Assembly (NCBI GenBank): GCA_963674745.2
Contig: CAXXDV010000001.1
Location: 1,216,001-1,280,000 of the forward strand
Reading direction: 5' to 3'
DNA from: Desulfosudaceae bacterium
Lineage (GTDB): Bacteria > Desulfobacterota > Desulfobacteria > Desulfobacterales > Desulfosudaceae
Length of the DNA stretch: 64,000 bases
Position 1 is the stretch's first letter; the number at the start of each line of letters is the position of its first letter. Shown here piece after piece: positions 19,501-28,081 of the stretch. Position numbers and translations under genes: made by a program. Under the pieces are notes generated by a model. The model ran no database searches, was not told the origin of the DNA, and was given only the letters and a program-made list of their open reading frames with translations.

Positions 19501-20450
19501 TACCGATACTATTTTATAATCACGACCCTGAAGTTCTACCCATTGAGAGTATTTTGAGTGAACTTGAAAGCCAGAAGAAAATTAAAGTAATTAGTTTTAG
19601 GGATCAAACTCAAAAGCAATATCAAAAGGCCATGGAATGCTTTAAAGTATACCAATACGCAATTTTTCATGGCCCAACCGAATTGTGGGTTGGTGACAAA
19701 CCATTGGATGAAGACATTTGGTGGTATTATAAATTACAAGACTCGACCTTTGAGACATCTAATAATTTAATTGTATTTTTTATCAGCTCTGATTTTTTGA
19801 ACTGGGAGAAGAAAAGAATAAATTTTGGTGAGAATTCCTCTCGATATCTGATCCCGGTACCTCGAACAAAAGAGAGTGGGTTAGTTGGGCCAGGATCAGA
19901 TGCTAATTGGGCCTTAATCTTTAGTGCTATTAGTGACATCAATATTGTTGAAGCATATTTTAACAATGACTCTTCCCATAAGGGTGTCAATGTTTTAAAA
20001 CGATTCTTTGATGCACCTAAACCGAATGTTATTATTGCAGCAATAACTATTATTTGCCAAATATATCTATCTACTCATTCACCGGACAGAAAAGGCAACT
20101 CCAGAATATCAGATATTCTATTTGAGATAGGTTGGTGGAACTTTTGCGAACAACAAAGTTCTTCCAGGTTAGTTGATTTGTTTAAAAGCCATAGAGCAAT
20201 ACTCGAATCATCAGGTTGGTATACCCCTTTAAAAGACAATCTTTCAAAAGAAGAATTACTTAATGAACTTTATACTGAAATAGATAATATGCAATGTAAC
20301 GTAAACGAAAAACTCGATATTGAAAACGTTAAAGATAATTTAGACACTTTTTTGACGGATATTTACAACGAGAAGCCACTTAATCAACCTAGCCATCTCG
20401 AACTTGTAGCAGATATATATATTGATTTGAAACAGTTAATGCAACAATGA
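19497..20450 (+). CDS. Hypothetical protein (possible inactive receiver-like N-terminus)
   Basis: ATGA-coupled ORF; N-terminal beta/alpha pattern ILFYNHD...AIFHG...VFFISS. Confidence 0.6.
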   Translation: MIPILFYNHDPEVLPIESILSELESQKKIKVISFRDQTQKQYQKAMECFKVYQYAIFHGPTELWVGDKPLDEDIWWYYKLQDSTFETSNNLIVFFISSDFLNWEKKRINFGENSSRYLIPVPRTKESGLVGPGSDANWALIFSAISDINIVEAYFNNDSSHKGVNVLKRFFDAPKPNVIIAAITIICQIYLSTHSPDRKGNSRISDILFEIGWWNFCEQQSSSRLVDLFKSHRAILESSGWYTPLKDNLSKEELLNELYTEIDNMQCNVNEKLDIENVKDNLDTFLTDIYNEKPLNQPSHLELVADIYIDLKQLMQQ

Positions 20451-20494
20451 TCTGTTTTAGAAGTTGGAAATAATTTGAAGAAAAAGGTATTGTA

Positions 20495-21025
20495 ATGAGG
20501 AATTGGCAAAACCAAAGAGTAAATTTTAATCATGACTGGTTTGTAAATAAATATTTGAATGGCTTAGATGGTTTTCTTACACGACTTAACCAGATTAGTA
20601 CAGATTCAAAAATAAATGGCCGTTTGATAGGATTTCTTGACGAGCAGTTTCATGAATGGGAAGGCAATAGGAGTAAGGCAAAATGGATTATTGATAATTT
20701 TGAAACTGAAATGTCTCCAAAAGTACTTATGGAATCATACCCTTTAATCCATTGGGATAAACAAAATCGAGAATTGATGGGAGACCTAGTTCACGTGTTA
20801 TGGAAAGGCAGAAACCCGATCACTAAATGGATTAAAGATTGCGAAGAAAGTTATGATAAAGTCGAACATATTTATAATAAAATTAACAATCAACTAACAA
20901 TGACAACACCTATAAAAACGACTGAGTTGATTTCTATGAAACAATTATTTAGAGAATATAGAGATACATGTGAATTGTTTTCGTGTAAGTTAAGTCAACT
21001 TCCAGGTGAAATATTATTTGTATGA
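20495..21025 (+). CDS. Hypothetical helical protein with H-box-like FNHDW segment
   Basis: 176-aa ORF coupled by ATGA to the downstream activator gene. Confidence 0.65.
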   Translation: MRNWQNQRVNFNHDWFVNKYLNGLDGFLTRLNQISTDSKINGRLIGFLDEQFHEWEGNRSKAKWIIDNFETEMSPKVLMESYPLIHWDKQNRELMGDLVHVLWKGRNPITKWIKDCEESYDKVEHIYNKINNQLTMTTPIKTTELISMKQLFREYRDTCELFSCKLSQLPGEILFV

Positions 21026-22794
21026 ACAAACTTCCCAAAATTTTAATCATAGATGACGACTATGGGCATAATAGAGGTGGCCGTAATGTCGACCGCGATG
21101 ATTTCTGTGTTTCCAGAGCGATAAAAGATGTTACAGGAGACATAACCCCCGAAGACATACAAAATCCCATTGTGGAGGCCGTTTTTTACAGCGGTCAGAT
21201 TAATGATGCTGGTTTTATTAAAAATGATATCAGTGGCACTCTCGATGCGATTAAAATGGGATGGAGACAATGGCCTCGTTGGGCTCTAATTCTTTTGGAT
21301 CTCCGATTTGTAACCGGAAAATTAAATGGTAAAGGAATACCTGTCGGCAATCAAAATGATGATGATCCCAAATATTATTTTGGGCTAGAGATTCTATCAA
21401 TGATCGCAAACGACCCGCTGTTGCATGATATCCCCATTATTATTCTATCTTCAATGGCAAGACAAACCGTTGAAAAACAATTTTCAGAATTAGGTGTAAG
21501 AGATTTTATTGATAAAAAAGATCTTACTTCTAAAAAGTTGAAACTTTTTTTAGCTACTTATGGTCTGCTAGAAGATGATGACATCATTGGATGTTCAGTC
21601 CCTTTATTAAAATGCCTTAGAACAGCAAGACGACGAGCTCAATATGGGAATGATAATATACTTATTCTCGGTGAGACAGGTACAGGAAAAGAGTTGTTGG
21701 CAAAGTACATTCACAAACAATCCCCGTATTGCCAAAATCGTTTTGTAAAGCTTAATACTCAAGGTGTGCCGGATACATTGATTGAAGATAAGCTTTTTGG
21801 GCATAAAAAGGGCGCTTATAATGGAGCAAATTCAGAACAGCCTGGCGCTGCTGAACTTGCAAATAATAGTACTCTCTTTATTGATGAATTTGGGGATATC
21901 CCTGCAAATATTCAGTCCAAACTTTTAGATTTGATTGATAAAAATATCAGAACCGTCCAGCGCCTTGGAAGTAATGACAGCAAAAAACTTGAGCTACAGA
22001 TTGTTATGGCCACTAATCGGATGGACATAATGACATCGGATAATTTCCGAAAAGACATACTTTACCGAGCTAAGATTACCGATCCCATAATTCTTCCTCC
22101 GTTACGTGAGAGGAGGGAAGACATTCCGCTTTTAGCAGAATTTTTTTTAAGAAAATACGAAAATGAAACCCATGAAGCGGAACACAGGGACATAGATAAA
22201 GAAGCTTTACATCTCCTGATGGACCATGATTGGCCTGATAATATTCGTGGTCTTGAACAGGTTATTGAGCTGGCAGTCAGCAAATATAAAGGGCTAAAGA
22301 TTTTATCAAAAAATCATATCAGCCTGGCAGCTGATTCAAAAGCTGAAACCACTTCCAAACCCGTGATATCACAAAAACTGAAGAGAGATATCAGATCAGA
22401 AGATATAACTCTTTCGATAAATGAACTTATTGCATGTATAAACAATTTCGAGTTTGACGACGATAATTCAATACAATGGCAATGGAAAGGCAATGATTTG
22501 AGGGAGGCTTTTTTTCATTTAATGGAGCGTTATCTTCGCGCGGGCCTTGAGGCTACTCGAAAAATCAATTTTGAAGACCCAAAGGGAAAAATCCAGCATA
22601 CACCGGCAATAAACTTAATTTTAGGGCCCAAAAAAGGAAAGACCGGAAAAAAAGCGGAATATAATCCGACCGAAGCATATGCTGAGATAAAAAGGCTGCT
22701 GATGTTAAAATCCAAAGAAGTTGAAAATCTGATATCGGATCCGGTTGTCAAAGAGATTTTTGAAAAAGCAAAAAAGAATCGATCTGCGAAATGA
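21022..22794 (+). CDS. NtrC-like response regulator: receiver + sigma54-activator AAA+ domain with GAYNGA loop
   Basis: ILIIDDD, LILLDLRF, GETGTGKE, LFGHKKGAYNGA, LFIDEFG, ATNR, LPPLRERREDIPLL, WPDNIRGL. Confidence 0.92.
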   Translation: MNKLPKILIIDDDYGHNRGGRNVDRDDFCVSRAIKDVTGDITPEDIQNPIVEAVFYSGQINDAGFIKNDISGTLDAIKMGWRQWPRWALILLDLRFVTGKLNGKGIPVGNQNDDDPKYYFGLEILSMIANDPLLHDIPIIILSSMARQTVEKQFSELGVRDFIDKKDLTSKKLKLFLATYGLLEDDDIIGCSVPLLKCLRTARRRAQYGNDNILILGETGTGKELLAKYIHKQSPYCQNRFVKLNTQGVPDTLIEDKLFGHKKGAYNGANSEQPGAAELANNSTLFIDEFGDIPANIQSKLLDLIDKNIRTVQRLGSNDSKKLELQIVMATNRMDIMTSDNFRKDILYRAKITDPIILPPLRERREDIPLLAEFFLRKYENETHEAEHRDIDKEALHLLMDHDWPDNIRGLEQVIELAVSKYKGLKILSKNHISLAADSKAETTSKPVISQKLKRDIRSEDITLSINELIACINNFEFDDDNSIQWQWKGNDLREAFFHLMERYLRAGLEATRKINFEDPKGKIQHTPAINLILGPKKGKTGKKAEYNPTEAYAEIKRLLMLKSKEVENLISDPVVKEIFEKAKKNRSAK

Positions 22795-25370
22795 AAACCC
22801 TTTGGTTTCCTCAAATTGAGTCAGAGAGTGCCTATGGCTCATCACAAGCCCTTACACTAGTTCAAGTCATACAAAAATTTTTTAATTGTTTGGGCTTTGA
22901 CTCTATAAAACTGTCAAAAAATCCGCTTATAATATCCGATCAAACGCAAGTTGAGTTAAAGCAAATAGACGAAATAATCGCTTACCTTAATATGAATGAT
23001 GACAATATTCCTACCCTAGTGTTTGGCATGTTTTCAGAGGATGAGGCGATCGAGCTATCATGGGAAGAGTTCGGACTTAATATATTTGATTTGCCATGGT
23101 TCGAAACAAAGAAAGCCTTTTTATATATACCTGTTACTCATATTTTCATTAAATTAAATAGATTGATTGAAACAGCATATCAACCCATAAATAAATCTCA
23201 ATCTGCCCAACAATTGGAGTACGCTAAATGCCACACAATTGCCTTGAATATTCAAGACGCCTTTGGTCATGGAAATCGTGATGAACTACAGGTGATGTCC
23301 TGCAGAAAAATAGGGAGCACAATCCAAAGGATATATATAGATTATAAAGATAAAAATCTACCTTGTAAAAATGGATGTTCAATAATAAATCAGTTAGACA
23401 ACATAAAATCATCGATTCCAAAGTTAAAGGAAGAAGCTTGTCCTGAAATTGCGCAACGCATTGCTAACCTGGATTGTTCAAGACATAAATATGCTCCGCT
23501 TGGTTATTACCAAGAAGAGCACGATGAAAAACCTTTAGCGTTCAAAAAAATAGTCATCTTGGAAGATAATGTTGTATTTAGAAATCAGTTACGAAAAGAT
23601 ATGCTGGATTTTATCAAATCCGATAATATCAAAATTGATTCAGAGTCGCTTACAGAACACCTGTTTCAGATAGAGAAAGCGGCTGACAAAAATGCGGCTG
23701 ACAAAAATATTGATGAAGACAAAAAAAGAAAAAGAGAAGTAGCAAAATTAGTCGATGAAGAGCTTAAGAATATTCAAATTGCAGACGGTTCAACAATCAA
23801 TAAAATAGAACTATTAGAAATTTGTACCTGGACGATAAATGAGAGCTTCCTTTCCTGGTTTTTTGAAGAGTTTGGAATTATCATCGCATCACCTGAATTC
23901 TCCATGAATAATTGCCGGTTGTATAATTATTGCGGCAAAAATATTCTTGACGAATTGGGAAAAGAAAGCATTCACCCAACCGATATATTAACCTGTTTTG
24001 ATTTGGACCTGAAGTTAAAAGAAAAGCCCAATATTGGAATGGCGGAATTTATGTCTAAAATATACGCCGGATACTGGGTTTTATATGGAACTGCAAACGA
24101 ATATCCGTTAGTTCCCAGGATGGTGATAACCGGTTATCGGCTGCAGGATTTCAATAGCTTTATTGTGGGTGCGGATGCTTATATGATGAAACCCTATACC
24201 AAAGAGGTTTTGAATAAAAGCATTGAGCGTACGCTTTTTGCCAAAAGGTTTATTGTTAAATGGTATTGCCCCAAGCATGTCCAACCCTCTTACAAAGACA
24301 AAGCGTCTTTCGAGAAAGCAAGCCAGTGGTTAGTAAATTGGCTTGAAAATAAAAGAATACATTTGGATGTGGTCGAAAAGTTACATAACAATGACATTTT
24401 GCAAGCCGATTTAATTATTGTGGATGAATGTGTTGAATCGGATTATAGTCAGAGTGGAGTCAGGTCCGTTATTCAGGAAAAGCTTTTTACCTCTATTGAA
24501 AAGATCAAAGATATTAATCCGAACGTCTCTATATTAACCATACTATCCGATGATATTGCACCAGCAGATACTGTTCGCGATTTCTATCAAAAGTTACCAT
24601 TATCATTAAAATCAGGCAAAGACGCTATCATTAGAAAACCCATGTGGTTTATCGCAGAGAAACATCCGGAACCCAAAACCAGTCTTGGTGGAATGATTGA
24701 AAATTTAATCGCTCATCAAGATGCTCATGATATTAAATACCAAATACTGGTTGCCGTATCCGCAGTCCTTGGACGTTTTCCGGCTCAAATCGCCCGAATG
24801 AAGAGAACGGATCCTGCCGATGTCCGTTTTTCTCCATTGCTGCCGTTTTTGATAAATAGTTTTGGGCTTTACTGTAGTCTTAAGGATCTTGAAGAGTATG
24901 GTGACGCAATTAAAGACCGATTGAATGATGAAATAAAGAAAGACAAAAAAAAAGAAAAAGACAGATGGAAAAATGTAAAAGACGAAGATATTGAAGAAAT
25001 ATTAAATGGGTTTTTAAATGCTATAACCGATAATTCAATAAGAAGACACTTGAATATTGAAAAATGGCTACGGGCTATTGTTGATGATTCGCCTAACAAG
25101 ATATTGAATCAAGAGAACATCCATTCCTTAACAGAGCCTCTGGCCCGTGTGTTCGGCGGTTCCACCCGATATGAATTCAGCGTTCGCGGGAGTTGGTATA
25201 AAGATCAGAACCGTATTGATGATATACTAATCGTCGTGGAATTTTGTGCCAAATCCTCCATCTTGGCGAAAAGGTTCATAAGAGAAACCGCCGTAGATTA
25301 TTTAAAACACATCGCCGGTGAAGACCTTGTTCTTGTCCAGGAAATACCGATTCATGGGTATTTCTGGTAA
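22791..25370 (+). CDS. Multi-receiver-domain protein with C-terminal small alpha/beta domain
   Basis: IVILEDN...CFDLDL...MVITG...GADAYMMKP; second REC-like ADLIIVD...ILTILS...IRKP; C-terminal FGGST...GSW...D motif. Confidence 0.7.
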   Translation: MKTLWFPQIESESAYGSSQALTLVQVIQKFFNCLGFDSIKLSKNPLIISDQTQVELKQIDEIIAYLNMNDDNIPTLVFGMFSEDEAIELSWEEFGLNIFDLPWFETKKAFLYIPVTHIFIKLNRLIETAYQPINKSQSAQQLEYAKCHTIALNIQDAFGHGNRDELQVMSCRKIGSTIQRIYIDYKDKNLPCKNGCSIINQLDNIKSSIPKLKEEACPEIAQRIANLDCSRHKYAPLGYYQEEHDEKPLAFKKIVILEDNVVFRNQLRKDMLDFIKSDNIKIDSESLTEHLFQIEKAADKNAADKNIDEDKKRKREVAKLVDEELKNIQIADGSTINKIELLEICTWTINESFLSWFFEEFGIIIASPEFSMNNCRLYNYCGKNILDELGKESIHPTDILTCFDLDLKLKEKPNIGMAEFMSKIYAGYWVLYGTANEYPLVPRMVITGYRLQDFNSFIVGADAYMMKPYTKEVLNKSIERTLFAKRFIVKWYCPKHVQPSYKDKASFEKASQWLVNWLENKRIHLDVVEKLHNNDILQADLIIVDECVESDYSQSGVRSVIQEKLFTSIEKIKDINPNVSILTILSDDIAPADTVRDFYQKLPLSLKSGKDAIIRKPMWFIAEKHPEPKTSLGGMIENLIAHQDAHDIKYQILVAVSAVLGRFPAQIARMKRTDPADVRFSPLLPFLINSFGLYCSLKDLEEYGDAIKDRLNDEIKKDKKKEKDRWKNVKDEDIEEILNGFLNAITDNSIRRHLNIEKWLRAIVDDSPNKILNQENIHSLTEPLARVFGGSTRYEFSVRGSWYKDQNRIDDILIVVEFCAKSSILAKRFIRETAVDYLKHIAGEDLVLVQEIPIHGYFW
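23679..23708 (+). repeat. Perfect 15-bp in-frame tandem duplication (AADKN x2)
   Basis: GCGGCTGACAAAAAT twice. Confidence 0.95.
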
Positions 25371-25909
25371 CAAATTTGATACTTAATGTAGTGAGCTTAA
25401 CATATCCTTATGCTGCCCTCTATTCTCATCTGATACTTCCTTTATTCCAGTTTTTTTTCCTTATCAATTTTGTCCCCAAAAAAAATCATTTACCTGTTTT
25501 ATTTAAGACAGTTAACTCTCTTTTAGTCTAGCGCAATAGCCCCCTCCTGTCGTCTGTAGGCGGTCTGAATGGTCGTCGGTAGATACCATCCGATTTAAAA
25601 AATTTTTTATCGCCCTCTTTATCTCCGGTTTATTTTTTAAAATAGCAAAATAGATTCTTATTTCCCACAAAACACCAGAGGACCAATCCTTCCGCTAAAC
25701 AAACCTATTGGCCATACAGGTTAATTGAATTCAAAACAGCTCTCGTAGTTCAAAACGAATCAGGGTGGCATGATTGATGAATATACACAAAGACAAAGGG
25801 CAGGAACAATTTTGCGAAGGACATATCTGGAGAAGACTTGCCGGGTCGTTTGAAGAATGTTGATGACAGCGCATAGATAATCAAGGGCGGAAATATTTAA
25901 CCGTTCAAC

Positions 25910-28066
25910 TTGGAGGATAAAAAAATGTTAAAAAATTATTTTTCGTTTACTCTCGGTATCGCGGAAGTGGCATCCGATGTTCTTGAAGTTTGCCATTTAG
26001 ACAGCTTTCCCCCTGCAATGAATCTATTAATCTTCAGTATAGGGCTGATTATATCGCCAAAATTCTACAGAAGCCTTCGGCTGGTCACAGCAAAAGCCTC
26101 TCGAATGTGTCGAGACGGACGGATTTTCATTTTGCCATTTTTCCTGTTCTGGTTATTGTGCATGCCGGCGGTCGCCAGCGATACGGTCGCTCGATACATT
26201 TTTTTGCCGGATATTTCCGAATCCATGATATGGCGCTCCCGGTTGGTTAATGATCCACAAACCCCCGGGCAAAAAATTATTCTTTTTGACCAAATCAAGC
26301 GCGAAATGACCCACCTTGTGCAGAGCCTTCCCGCATCACAGCATGCAGAGATTTTCTTTTTCCCTTTCGCTGAAGGCATTTGTGACGAAAAAGCATTTTT
26401 CCTTTCACCTGATTCGGAGCGAAAAGGGTCTAATGCAGAAATAGCCACATATATAAATGAGCTTCAGGCGACTGGGAAGGAAACTTTTATTTTTTCTACC
26501 TTGGAAAAAGTGATCCAGAGGTTCCACAACCAAGCCACGTCCACAAATAAAGCAATCGCAACGACTCTTTTCCTTTTGACGGATGGGGTAGATACCGGAC
26601 CGGATTATGAAAACAATCTTTTGCGCGCTTTAGCCCTGTTCCGCGACTGGGTAAATACCACGGAATATAATAAGCCGTATCTTTTTACCATGCACCTTTT
26701 ACCCGAAAACCTGCCGGATGGACAGGATAAGCTGGCGATGGAGAAAGAAGCGTTTAAAACAATCCCCAACGCCGGGATAGTCACATCAATTATCGGTCAG
26801 GAACCTAAAATACGAATTCTTCGACCACGTATTTCTTCCATTGATTTCGAATATTGGCAGCCTGGAGAAACACTGCCGGCACAAAAAAAGCTCCCCTTCG
26901 AATGGATTACGTCGGAGAAAAAGCAAGAAACCATCCATCTGGATTTTATCCCGGTATTTAAGCGCAACACGAATGATGTTCCGCCGGGCGTGGAAATCAT
27001 ATTTAATAAGGCCTCTGCTGTTCTAAAAACCGAGGGAAGCGGCATCTACGTTGCAGATATTCAGCTGACCCCTGTTCTTGATAATGGAAGACCCGATACC
27101 GATTTTTATGTTGAAGGTCAGATGGCGATCAAAACCGACGAGGGGATTCAAGTACAGCCTGACGATGTAACTTTTAAATTGCATATCGGAGGGAAGCCCC
27201 TGGTTTCTTTTCACGCCCGAGAGAACCCGAAACCAATGCGCTCTAACGCATTACCAACGGCTGTAAATTGGACCTATCAAATTCAAAAAACCGGCCGGGT
27301 GGAAGGACGCTTAAGCGACGTAAAAGTATTTTGGGCGGACGCCACCGGTTTTGACGCACCATCTCCGGTGCTTTCATTAACTGACAAGTCGGGGGCCAAC
27401 ACAAGAAACTGGGATCTGGTGGAATACGCGAAAATAACTATTCCCGTGAGCAAGACATTATGCGCCGGCCGACACACCGAGAATGTCGTCATCCAGACCA
27501 CTGAAAAAAGCCCTTTTCTTTTCTCTGATGGAAACGGACACAGGGTTAAGTCTCTTCACCTACCGGTTACCCTGGAGGTTTTAAAACCGCCTAAACCGCT
27601 TTGGCTGCGTCTGGCCGCTCTCGGCATGAGCCTTGTTGTGCTGCTGGCCGGTTGTATTGCTGTCTATTATCATCGCAAACCCAGTTTTGGCGATGTTGAG
27701 CTTCAGCTCATAAAAACCGGTGATCCGGACAATGTTTATTCATCAGGGGTTCTGGATCGTCTGGTCCTAAAAGGGAAAAAACCTGTGACAACAGGAACAA
27801 CCGCGCCATATCTGACTTCATTCGTTTCAACACTGGTCTGGCGGCCAGACCGGTCGGATGGGCGTGATCTGCTGCTTGTCAGAAACACAGGCAGCGAATC
27901 GGTTGATTTGATGTCACAGGAAAACGAGCACCAGGATGTTCAGATGCACACCGGCAGGGAATGTGAAGTGACGGGCGGCGACGTCCTGACCTGCGGTGAT
28001 TTTTCCATACGGGTTGCCAGCGTTACCTATCAGCGCGAGGAAGACCCTTTGGACTCAACCTATTAA
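25910..28066 (+). CDS. Membrane-anchored vWA-domain protein with C-terminal FHA-like domain (true start probably ~26105)
   Basis: Signal-like FILPFFLFWLLCMPAVA; MIDAS DISESM...T...LLTDG; TM LAALGMSLVVLLAGCIAVYY; terminal GGDVLTCGDFSIRV. Confidence 0.85.
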   Translation: MEDKKMLKNYFSFTLGIAEVASDVLEVCHLDSFPPAMNLLIFSIGLIISPKFYRSLRLVTAKASRMCRDGRIFILPFFLFWLLCMPAVASDTVARYIFLPDISESMIWRSRLVNDPQTPGQKIILFDQIKREMTHLVQSLPASQHAEIFFFPFAEGICDEKAFFLSPDSERKGSNAEIATYINELQATGKETFIFSTLEKVIQRFHNQATSTNKAIATTLFLLTDGVDTGPDYENNLLRALALFRDWVNTTEYNKPYLFTMHLLPENLPDGQDKLAMEKEAFKTIPNAGIVTSIIGQEPKIRILRPRISSIDFEYWQPGETLPAQKKLPFEWITSEKKQETIHLDFIPVFKRNTNDVPPGVEIIFNKASAVLKTEGSGIYVADIQLTPVLDNGRPDTDFYVEGQMAIKTDEGIQVQPDDVTFKLHIGGKPLVSFHARENPKPMRSNALPTAVNWTYQIQKTGRVEGRLSDVKVFWADATGFDAPSPVLSLTDKSGANTRNWDLVEYAKITIPVSKTLCAGRHTENVVIQTTEKSPFLFSDGNGHRVKSLHLPVTLEVLKPPKPLWLRLAALGMSLVVLLAGCIAVYYHRKPSFGDVELQLIKTGDPDNVYSSGVLDRLVLKGKKPVTTGTTAPYLTSFVSTLVWRPDRSDGRDLLLVRNTGSESVDLMSQENEHQDVQMHTGRECEVTGGDVLTCGDFSIRVASVTYQREEDPLDSTY

Positions 28067-28081
28067 TAATGGAGGTAACAC

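Noticed and set aside
25737..25750. 14-mer similar to 41627-41640 (CAGYTCTCGTAGYT) as a shared regulator site
   Set aside because: Only two imperfect, non-palindromic copies; chance cannot be excluded
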